Source: Conidiobolus incongruus B7586
Lineage: Eukaryota
Length of the DNA stretch: 62,100 bases
Assembly: GCA_000697335.1 (NCBI GenBank)
Contig: JNEM01012177.1
Location: 1-62,100 of the forward strand
Reading direction: 5' to 3'
A program made the translations under genes and the position numbers. The notes beneath the pieces were generated by a model that had not been told where the DNA came from, did no database searches, and saw nothing but the letters and a program-made list of their open reading frames with translations. Position 1 is the first letter of the stretch, and the number at the start of each line of letters is the position of its first letter. This document shows, in pieces, positions 43,149-54,264 of this stretch.

Positions 43149-43394
43149 TTAGATGATTTCAGAGCAAATTAAGCGGAAGGTACCCTCTTTATCTTGCTCA
43201 TCATATTCATTCTTCAGCTCGATATGCTCAAAAAAAGAATGTAATTTTTCCTTGACATGTTCATAATTCACCGCCCCAGCATCGATAGGTTCGGTTTTTG
43301 GATATACTTTTTCATCTTTATATGTATTTGTGGACTTTTGTCCAGTATTCCAATCTCTCAAGGGTGAAATAATATCTTCAATAGTATCAACCAT
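43149..43394 (-). CDS. Small hypothetical protein, 81 aa
   Basis: Coding-like ORF with upstream TATAAATAGG on the minus strand (~43464-43473) and TGACGTA at 43524. Confidence 0.55.
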   Translation of the reverse strand: MVDTIEDIISPLRDWNTGQKSTNTYKDEKVYPKTEPIDAGAVNYEHVKEKLHSFFEHIELKNEYDEQDKEGTFRLICSEII

Positions 43395-44220
43395 GGTTTC
43401 AAAAATATTACAATTCTATTATTAGTTCAATGAATAGACAATGGTAAACTAGGACCTAGTTAACCTATTTATACCTGTTAGATGTAACAAATGGTCTAAT
43501 CTGAATCATATATAAGATGCCAATGACGTATTTTTTTTATTCAAATAGTGGTATGAATGAAATTAATATTTTTTTAATCAAACATTCCATAAACATCTCT
43601 CCTTATTCGTTATCAAGACGAATTTAAATGAATTGACTTGTGGAAAACTCGGCTTGCTAAATTACCACTATTGAATAATTTGAAGAATTTTTAAATTTTG
43701 CATTAAAATTTGAAACTTTGTGCATATTTAAATATTAGCTAACTTTATTTTACCTAATTGGAACTCAAATCAGTATCAAACAGATTTGTATAATTAGCAT
43801 TGCACATAATATCCTTTTTTATTGAATCAGATGACTTTATCAACAATATTTCTGCTAATATTTCATTTCAGTGTTGTGATCCATTATAGTCGACTATTTA
43901 ATAAAAAGGACAAGGATTAATATAACAAATATATTTCGAAGGATTTAGTATATTAAAAGGTGGATTTGATATTTTCTAAATTATACAATGATATATGAAT
44001 GGCACTGGGTTGACATCATACAGATTAAGAATATGAGGGAATAATAAAATAATCGTCTATCAACTTTCGACAATGAATATCAATATATATATTAAAACTT
44101 ATCCAGAATGGAGCTGGACAAGGATTGTATTTATTACACAGTCGATAACTTGGTAAAATAGATGTAATAAGCGGAGTTTGAATAATAAGCATAATATGCA
44201 TTCGAAACTTGATGAGTAGA

Positions 44221-44493
44221 TTAAGTGCGCTGTTCACTTTCGCCTTGAATTTTTAGATGGGGATTATCCAACGCATTCCCAATTTGACTTTTAATATAAC
44301 CCTTTGATTGGTTATACTTTTCCTTTACTCCTTGGGGTACAACGTCATCGACCATTTCAGATTCTTTCCCGGTGGATCCCTTGGATTTTTCAGTATTCAA
44401 GTTTTCCCTATTCTGCTCAGGGATTTTGAGGATATCAGCATTCTTCCCAGTCGATCTATGAAAATCAGCAGTACCTTTGGTTGGATCAGACAT
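44221..44493 (-). CDS. Small hydrophilic CsbD/Con-6-like stress or spore protein
   Basis: C-terminal KGYIKSQIGNALDNPHLKIQGESEQ resembles the CsbD/Con-6 motif; upstream TATAAAT. Confidence 0.65.
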   Translation of the reverse strand: MSDPTKGTADFHRSTGKNADILKIPEQNRENLNTEKSKGSTGKESEMVDDVVPQGVKEKYNQSKGYIKSQIGNALDNPHLKIQGESEQRT

Positions 44494-45697
44494 ACTTTAA
44501 GTAAGTACAATTGAAAAACTATTGAAAGGAATTAGATCCATCATTATTATTTATACCAATTGATTAAATCATGGTGCTTACATATGATTCATTATGTCAA
44601 CTTGACCTAAGTATGAATCATAAATTTATTTTGGATATATTTGTCATCAAACCAACATCATTAAAATGAGAATTAATTTAAATATTTTCTCTTTCTAGAA
44701 TATTCGTTATTATAAAGTAACTATTAGATAATTATTTGATAATTGCAAGGTAAAAGAATTGCAGTAATAATAAGGGTTTTAATCAAATTGGATAATTATA
44801 TCAAGTGAAAAGACCCTTTATATCTGTTATCCACCATCATTATTACTAATTGAAAAATTCAGTTTTAAGTTATTAGAAGAGTATTTTAACTAATAAATAT
44901 TTATACATTATTAAAATTGAATATTTTTAAGGATATATTTTGAAATTGATTATATTTGTTATTATTGATATATAACAATATAAGGTTGAACCTAAATAAA
45001 ATAACTGACTGAGATTATTATTACTGAAATAATATAAAACCATTGCTTATCACGATAGTCAATTTTCATAACAAATATAACAAGTTTAATATATAAGCAT
45101 CATTGAAAATACTCTAAAATATGATCATAAACTAAATCAATTTCAAATATGCTAACAATTTTTACTTAGTATACATTTTATCAATTCAAAATTTAAATTT
45201 TAGCGAATCTATGAATATAATTTAAAATTGGATATTTGAATTAAGTATGATTAATACTATAAATTGAATGTGAATCCTTCAAATAATTTGATGGTTATAT
45301 ATAATTAAAAACTAATGTTTTATGTAGTTATAATACTAACGCCGAATTTTTTCTATTAGAAAAAATGCGATGTTTTTAGGGTAAAATACTATTTAGTAAT
45401 TGAAAATTCAGTAATTTTACCAAATATCGATAATTTGATAGATGGTCAGATAATAGTAACTACATATTAAAATTCAACCATATGCAATTTTATTATATAA
45501 ATTGTTAAGAATACACTTGGTTGATATAATTGTAAAATTTAAAAATAGTTTCAGTCAAAATGTTGATATAAAGATTGTGTATTTAATCATTTACGGACTA
45601 CTTTATTATACATACAATATTTTACATTATAGAAATATTTTTACTCTCAGATGCTTTGAATAAGAACTAATGGGCTTTGACTATAGGAAGTAGACTT

Positions 45698-45871
45698 TCA
45701 CACTTCGTCAGCAATGTCATCTACAATTGGTAAATCCTTTCCTGTAGTCGTCATCATATTATGTACGAGAGATTCCAAATTTTCACTGTCCTTTCCTGGA
45801 ATGTCAGGAATACCCATATTTTCGCCAGTAGTAACATAAAAAATTTCAGTTCCTATAGTTGGATTTGACAT
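45698..45871 (-). CDS. 57-aa paralog of the N-terminal part of 44221-44493 (below the ORF track cutoff)
   Basis: MSNPTIGTEIFYVTTGENMGIPDIPGKDSENL...TTGKDLPIVDDIADEV* aligns with MSDPTKGTADFHRSTGKNADILKIPEQNRENL...STGKESEMVDDV; upstream TATAAATAGGG. Confidence 0.7.
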   Translation of the reverse strand: MSNPTIGTEIFYVTTGENMGIPDIPGKDSENLESLVHNMMTTTGKDLPIVDDIADEV

Positions 45872-46426
45872 GTTGGAATAAGAAAGATGGAAACAAAATG
45901 TTGAAAATTAAGATATCTTGACCCTATTTATACTAGCCCGTTTAATCATATTAGCCATTAATCTAAATCAGTGACGACAGTTGCTAAAGCTTGAATAAAT
46001 CATTTGTCTTATTTAAACTCATTATGTTATCATTATATTATATGTATTAACCCAGAATTATATCATTCTAATATTGATATAAAACCAAATAAAGTACTTT
46101 CAAACATTACATAATAATTATATAATTAAATTTATCACGTTATTATTATTCTTATTTCTAGACAATAGCAATCGAATACTTTGGAATTAAAAACAAATAT
46201 AATCATTCTCTGCTCTCATGCCTCAACTTTATGTTACTACTACGAATGCTTTGAAAATGTTTTGACATATTAATCATGAAATTAATTCATCTCTTCATCC
46301 CATAAACAATTAACAAGGTATATTAAATTACAAACCTGAATTATCAAGGGTAACTAAATCATTAATTTCCAATAAATTAAATATAGTTCAAATAAACAAA
46401 AAATATTTATGATATAAAATATTATA

Positions 46427-47809
46427 ATGTCATCACATTACTATCACCATTCCAATAACGGAAACCAATATGATTATTCTAATAACTCACAATACTCTGA
46501 TGAAAACGAATATTGTAATGAGCAATACTCTCCACCGAGCCATGCACAATATAATGATGTCGAAAGTCCACCACTTAGTGATATAGAAGCTGCAAATAGT
46601 CCTATTCCGATAGAAGATTACAACCTATTAGCTGCTAAAGTGAAAGAAAATGTTAAAGTATGACTATTTATTCGGCATAAGTTTTCCAAATTTTTAATAC
46701 CTTAGATATAGGCAAGTGCGAAAGTAGCTTATCAAATTTCTAAAGCTAAGAAAACTTTGAAACAAATGGAAAGATTGAAATAGTACTGTATTTCTCTTTA
46801 CTTTATTTCTTTTTAGAACTAACAAGTTTTATATTAGTAATTGCATACAAGAAATTTATGACATGGAAAATAATGATAGAACTTCAGAAGAGTCGGATAC
46901 TGAAAGCTCGATTTCCGATAAAAATAATTTAACTTTAAATGCTAAAAGTTGGCCTTTGATTATAATAATTTGATATTCATTTTCTTATCTAATATAATAT
47001 AATTTTTAGGTAACTATTCTAAAACCCAGGCTAATGAGCAATCGTCAGCACCTGTTAAACGTTCAAGACGAGATATCACTCAGGTTCGAAGAGTTCAACC
47101 AATACCCAAAGATTCCAAAGGGAATTATATTTTACCAGTTCAAATTGGTATTTTAACTATTCTTAGCTTGGGAAAAGTCATTACTGATTCACCTAATTAC
47201 CATAACGATCGTTACATATGGCCAGTTGGTTATAAAATTCAACGATATTATAATAGTACAGTTAATCCTGATGCACAAGCATGTTACACTGCTAGTGTAG
47301 CTGAAAGTCCCGAAGGACCCAAATTCGTAATCGAAGCGGATGATAGACCTAATGATCCTATTATCGGTAATACCGCTACTGGTGCCTGGACAGCTGTAGT
47401 CAGAATGAGTAATAAAATTCGTAATAGGAACCACTCCAACTCAGCTTCTGGACCTGATTATTATGGCTTCGCACATCCCACCATTGCCAAAATGATCCAA
47501 GATTTACCAGGTGCTGATCAATGCAAAAACTACGTTTGGCAGGAATTCGAGGTGATGCCATTGCGATCTGTACCTCAAAGAAGATATGTTGTACCGCCTT
47601 TACCTGATGCTTATAATCAAGATGCTCCTCAAAATCAATCAGATACTGTTAAACAAGATCCAGGTGCTGAAACTGATGACTCTGAACAGCATCAATACAT
47701 TGTATCTTCACCCAAATACAGCGATCCACCACAAGTCAAGCCTATATCGAAGCCTAGTAGGGGTACTTCAGATTTGAATTTATTACTAAATAACTCTGAT
47801 TCTGAGTAG
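46427..47809 (+). CDS. FYRN/FYRC-domain chromatin protein (TBRG1-like), about 4 exons
   Basis: LPVQIGILTILSLGKV...YIWPVGYKIQRYY (FYRN); TATGAWTAV...SGPDYYGFAHPTIAKMIQDLPGADQCKNY (FYRC); the third intron donor is uncertain. Confidence 0.85.
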
Positions 47810-48118
47810 ATATTTTTTTACTAATTTATCGATCACTTTAGCTGATAAATTATTATTAATTTAAAATCCATCAATACCATTGAATTATTTACATATTTTT
47901 TCGATATAAATTTCAGACTTAATTAATGAAATATATAAAATAAATTTCTAAATGTATTTTGTAATATTAACTTATTTAACTTATTTATTCTATATACACT
48001 CAAAACCATAGTATTTTCTATTTTTTCACAATATCATCATTTAATTCTAATATCAAATTGATACTACATATAATAAATGAAAATTTGTTAGGCCCAAACT
48101 GAATTCTCCTTTTCTTTT

Positions 48119-48128
48119 AATCCCACAA
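48119..48128 (+). promoter_or_regulatory. AATCCCACAA promoter motif (one instance of a recurrent element)
   Basis: The same 10-mer lies on the sense strand ~100 nt upstream of RPL42, TOM70 and MRPL33. Confidence 0.65.
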
Positions 48129-48226
48129 ATTTGAATAATTGATACTACTTAAATTAACAGTCATTACAGTGGGTCTACTTAAATATTTAAAGCTGAATAA
48201 CAAAAGCATCAAATCATCCATCAAAA

Positions 48227-50434
48227 ACGGATATCATATTAACGATCAGGAATTATATCGATAAAATGATCGAAAATGTTAATGGAATGAAAGTATTATT
48301 ATTAGATAATGAAACTGTAATAATATTCATAGTTTTCAATATTTTGAAATGACAATTTATACTAATATGTTTGAATAGACTTCGATAGTGTCATCATCAG
48401 TCACTCAATCTCACCTATTGACCAAAGAAGTATATCTCGTTGATAGAATTGACCGTTAGGAAACAGAAAAGATGAGACATTTAAAGTGTATCTGTTTTCT
48501 AAGACCATGTAACGAAAGTTTTCAAAGTTTACTAGAAGAAATCAAACTAAGAAGATTTGGTGAATATTATCTAAGTAAAATTAAATTTATTTTTTATATT
48601 AATTATATTTATTTATTTTTTATAGTTTTTAGTAATATTATTCCTAAACATTATATCGAAATATTGGCAGAAATAGACATTTCGGAAAGTATTAAGGAAG
48701 TTCAAGTAATTTTAAATTTAATTATACTCTATATTATTGTATTTTACATAATAATTAATTAGGAATTTTTTGGAGATTATTGCTGCGTTAATAATGACTT
48801 GTTTTCTTTAAATTTGAACACTATGCAATATCCAATTTATCAAATTAATGTTAATCCCAATCAGCTGAGTTGGAATAATAAAACATTACAAAGATGTTTA
48901 GAGGGTTTGAATTCTATTTGCTTGAGTTTAAAGAAAAAACCTTTGATTAGATTTGAAAAGAGTAGTTTATTATGTAAAGATTTAGCTTATGAATTAAAAG
49001 TAATAATGTACCATTTTTTAATTATAATTTAATTTATACAGTTTATAGAATCAAATTGAACAAGAAAACCTACTATTTAAATTTCCTACTACCAAAGACA
49101 CTTGTTTGCTACTAATTTTAGATCGTAAATTAGATCCAGTCACTCCCCTTTTAACTCAATAGACTTACCAAGCAATGATTCACGAGCTTTTGACCATTAA
49201 TAACGGTAGAGTAGATATGTCCAAATGTGCTGATCAGCCTAAAGATTTAAAGTAGTTTAATATTAATATTTATTTCTAATTAATTTTAACAATTTTAAAC
49301 AATAGGAAATTGTGTTGAATATCGATCAAGATCCGTTTTATAATAAAAACATGTACTTGAATTTTGGTGACTTGGGAGCTAATATTAAATCCTATGTCGA
49401 TGAATATCAACAGAAAACCAAGAGTAATATGAATATTGAATCAATTAAAGATATGAAACGTTTCGTTGAAGAGTATCCTGAATTCAGAAAGTTAAGTGGA
49501 AATGTTACCAAGCATGTTAATTTGGTGGGCGAACTAAGTCGATTAATGGAAACAAATAAATTATTGGAAGTCAGTCAATTGGAACAAAGTTTAGCTTGTA
49601 ATGATAGCCACAACTCTGATTTGAAGGCAGTTTTCTCCCACACATTTTTATATATGTTAATATTAATAATCAGTCATATAGGCATTAATGTCTTTAATTG
49701 AAGATCCCAAAGTGAGGCCTATTAACAAATTGAAGTGTACTATCCTATATAGTATCAAATATGAAAAGCATAATAATAATTCAACCAAACAATTAATTAA
49801 TGCTTTGAAGAAACAAGGGTTATCCAAAAGTGAACTTAATTTAGTATATAAAGTATTAAAATACTGTGGTTTCGAGAGCAGACAAAACGATTTATTTGGT
49901 AACAAAACTACCTTTAATTGGAGTAAAAATGTTTTTATGGGCTTAAAGGTATATATTTATATTTAATAATATTTTGATAAAAATATATTTATCAATATTT
50001 GATAAATAGGGTGTTGAAAATGTTTACACTCAACATACGCCATATTTGAATGAACTATTAGAGAGTGCTATCAAAGGAAAATTAAAGGAAACCAATTATC
50101 CTTTTGTTAATAATAAAGCTACTAACTCTACCCAAAGTTCCCGCTTAAATAAGTAATATTAAATGTTAACATTTAATGCAACAATTGTTTACTAATCAAT
50201 TTTTATAGTTCTGATATTATTGTATTTATGGTTGAAGGATGTACTTATGCAGAAGCAAGAACTATTCACCAATTTAAAGAAAACAATCCAGGTATTCGTG
50301 TTGTTTTAGGAGGAACTAACATTATTAATTCTGATGGGTATATATTTATCATTATTTATCCCAAATTAAATTAATATTAATGAAATTATTATAGAATTTT
50401 GAAACATGTTCAGTCAATAGGAGCTAGTCATTAA
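48227..50434 (+). pseudogene. VPS45: Sec1/Munc18 family Vps45 gene with disabling lesions, 10 exons
   Basis: [68 protein letters not shown] at the start position, TAG 48457-48459 and 49160-49162, intron 5 donor out of phase. Confidence 0.85.
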
Positions 50435-50716
50435 TTTATTTTTGATTCAATTGAATAAAAACTAAATATATATATATATATATATATAACAAAATTTCTA
50501 TATTTAAACTGTTTCAAATATATTCTCAAAATCCTCTATTAAGAATGATTTATAATAATGATTACATTAAATTAGATAATTGTCAAAATACTACAAATCA
50601 CTTTAATCCCAATTTAATGAAAATATCATATACTAATTAAAAAACATAGTTAGTAAAATTTATATAATTTATATACTATAATAAATATGAATTAATACTT
50701 TTTAATTATATTTTAT

Positions 50717-51016
50717 CTATAAATTAGGTTGGGGATTTCTTGAGCTTAAAATTTCATAACCTTTAGCGGGGGAGCGGTTAGGTAGAGATTTATCTTGAGT
50801 TAATTCAACTTTAACCAATTCTTTAATTCTGAAAATAGCACCGACATTCTTTTGATTAGTCTCTAAAAATACGGTTCTACCAACTTTGTTCAATCCGATA
50901 AATTTGGCTGCATCTCTAGTCCTGGGATGTAAACCGATGGTTGATCTCTTTAAAGTAACCTTGAAATATTGTTTGGCAGTATTTGATGAGTTCAATAAGA
51001 TGGTGTTTTTAAACAT
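50717..51016 (-). CDS. MRPL33: Mitochondrial ribosomal protein uL30m
   Basis: YFKVTLKRSTIGL...IGLNKVGRTV...GAIFRIKELVKVE; probable 5'-UTR intron GTGAGT...TAACAG at 51030-51070. Confidence 0.9.
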   Translation of the reverse strand: MFKNTILLNSSNTAKQYFKVTLKRSTIGLHPRTRDAAKFIGLNKVGRTVFLETNQKNVGAIFRIKELVKVELTQDKSLPNRSPAKGYEILSSRNPQPNL

Positions 51017-54000
51017 CTTGAATAGTTATCTGTTAAAAATTAGTTATAATTGAATTTATTAGTTACTCACTAATGAATTGAGAATATAAATAACCTTTAT
51101 TCTATGTAAAATTGTGGGATTATTTTTTTCAAATAATCATTATTAATTTTCTAAAATTTTATATCAAATGTTATAATCAACATTTATATATTGTTAATTA
51201 AAATATAATATGGTAATATTATATCATTAATTACTTTCAATTTGAGAAATAAAAGTTATATTAGATATTAATCAAGTAATTGCAATTTTTTATACAATTG
51301 TATATAAGGAAAATGATTCAAATAACAATGATATAGTATCAAAGTTAGGATGTTGATTAAAGAATTATACAATACAAAATAAATATTTTTCAAATATTAA
51401 TTTCAGATATCTTTATTGTTCTTGAGAATTCGTATCATAATAATTATAAAATGGTAAATTTGTATACAATAATTAGTAAGTCTTTAAGCTGTTATAATAT
51501 CATCAATGAGTCAGAAAATTAACTACTTTAGTGTTCAATTTTATGTTTAAACTTTAATATTAAATCGATATTAAAGATTATAATATACACTAAAAGATAT
51601 TTTTTGACTTGGATTAACAAGCTGAGTAATTTAATATTATTTCAAATTTACAATTATTGGTAATTTAATAATTAAAATCATTAATTTATATTGTTATTAT
51701 ATCATTGTAAATTGAATGATTTGGTGATTTTGTATTGATAAATTTAGATTTACCTTATCAAAATATATATAATTAGATTTATAACTTCAGTTATAACTAT
51801 TGTAACAATATATTTGTAATAATGACACATTCTTTCCATTTTTACAAAATATTTCGTTAATATAAATTAAAAAATATCTGCTTATACACTTGTTTAAAAT
51901 AAAGTATTAAGCATGATTTTTATACAATAGACAAGTATAATTTGATCTGTAATTATTCAAGAAAATTTAACATATATGCTTAAGGGAGAAAATCATTGAT
52001 ACTTTACCTGGTATTATAATTTAATACAGGATCAAAATGGTTGAAAATATATCAACAATGGTATATATTTAACAATTGGAAAGCTTAAATATATTAAGAT
52101 TGAAAAAAATATAGGTAGAAAATTATAACGGGTGATTTAATTAAATTCAAATAATTATGATGAATATATATAACATTTGAAATATTAAATCTGGATATAG
52201 TCTAGTTGATCAAGTAAATTTCAAGAATATCCTATATTTGACAAATTACGTTAATAAATTAGAAGATAGAATATTTAGTTTTTAAATTTTTATCTAAATA
52301 TGACATCTAAAAAGAATTATAGCGATGATTAATATGAATTTTTATTAATTTGAGCAAATGTTGAAAATACCCACATAGCCAAAATATTAAATCTGAGGTG
52401 AAATTTTGATGAAATATAATATTTAAATAATTATATGTAAAATATACTTCTGATTAGCTATCTCACTATATCTATATTTTATAAAATATCATTATATTTG
52501 CTAATTTTAATTATCTATCCTAATTATTGAATACACTCATACAATTTATGGATTGATGCCTCTCAAAGCATAGCTAAATAAATTTTTTAGTTATGCTGAT
52601 TCCCATGTGTTTATCTCTTTAGTATAATAATTATAGTATATTTTCATAATGATAATTTTACTTAATTAATATTAAATATTAATTAATACACAAACCTAAC
52701 CCAAATAATACATTATTTTTATTATATTATTCAATTAATTATTAATATCAACATTTTGAGTATATTTTATCAATGATATAATATTATAATAAATAAAGCG
52801 AGTTTTACTATTTTATAGATTGAAATGAGCTTAGGTTTAGAATTTACAGAATTAATGCATTATAATAATAACTAAGAATTATTTAAACTTGGCAATTTTA
52901 TATTAGACAATATAGATTTAGTCAGTATGTTTTGTTTAAAATTAATAGAGCATAGTCTCATAATCTTTCTCTAGACTTATTATTGATTTTATATAGCTAT
53001 ATCATATTGATAATAACTATTACCAAATTGGATTAACAATATTATTATATTTATATATCTCTGAAAATTAAATTATTTTAATATTTTTTGTAGAAACAAT
53101 CATTTTAATCATTTTAATGAAATTTTATTTTATATTAAAATAAAATTTTTTCACAAAATTGATCTAAATAAATAAGTACATATAAAATATTCTGAATTGT
53201 TACTAATTAAAGGATCATTGAAAAATATATGACAATATTATGATGATAAGATAGTATACATATCATATATTTTATTGTAATGATAATATTTCACAGTATT
53301 TGGATATATAAATATACAAATTAAAAATATAAAATTTCCGAGGTGAAATAGAGAATAAATGAATGAAGCAATAATGACTGCTAAATAAAAACAAATTTTA
53401 TTGATGAAAATTGTTAAAATTCATTTTAATTGAACTTTAATAAATGGAACTGGATTTTATTGGATCAATTGAATGCTAATTTTATCGTAATTTAATTGTA
53501 ATTAACTTCCGATTTCTTTATGGTCATTGATTGGCATAGGTCTCATATTATGGTGCTCAAAGATACATTTGAAATGAATGAGATTCTGTTAAATTCTAAT
53601 TAATTGACAGCTAGTTCGTACAAAGCACGTATAATCTGTGCTTAATTCAACTATTGTGCAAGCTCAGCAATCAACTCTGATTGGATGGTCGGAACAAAGT
53701 GATACTTGGTATCTCGGTTAGCAAAGTTTATCTTTTTGTTTGTACAATTGAATAATTTAAGCGTATAGAAATATGGTAACATTAGTTCATCTCAATATTA
53801 AATAGCTTGAAATAAGCAAATAGAATTGATAGTAATAAGCTATAACCAAAAAATATTTTTGTATACATGATATAGGTTAGGCAAGTATAACACTTGAAAA
53901 TTCACAACTCATCAGAAAATAGTCTAGAATTCTGATTGGCTAAAAGAAAATGGGGTTCTTGATTTAACAATGAATATCATACAATTCATATCCCATGAAA

Positions 54001-54264
54001 CCTATAATGAATCAGTAAGAGAAATGATATAAATTAAACTGTATTATTCGTTACATTTTCGATGTGTAAGGGTTCAAACTTGTATCAATTCCCCCTTAAT
54101 TTACAATATTACACTAACTTGAAGCCATCTTTTAAAGAAGGCCACTTCATTTGATATCTCCTCTTTTTTCTTTAATTAATCAACGTAATAGAATACAATA
54201 ACTATAATCGGATATTAATTTTATTATATTTTATATAATACGTTAATATTTAATCACAGCCAAA

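Noticed and set aside
48457..49162. Genome-wide TAG reassignment to explain the VPS45 in-frame stops
   Set aside because: No other traced gene has internal TAG; TAG appears to terminate the FYR gene (47807-47809) and MRPL33 (50717-50719); VPS45 has other independent lesions
50465..50488. (TA)n microsatellites here and at ~13055, ~34667 and ~57450
   Set aside because: Ordinary in AT-rich genomes; no repeat-spacer structure
51999..52012. ATACTTTACCTGG resembling the U1 snRNA 5' end
   Set aside because: Extra T in the core and no U1 stem-loops or Sm site downstream
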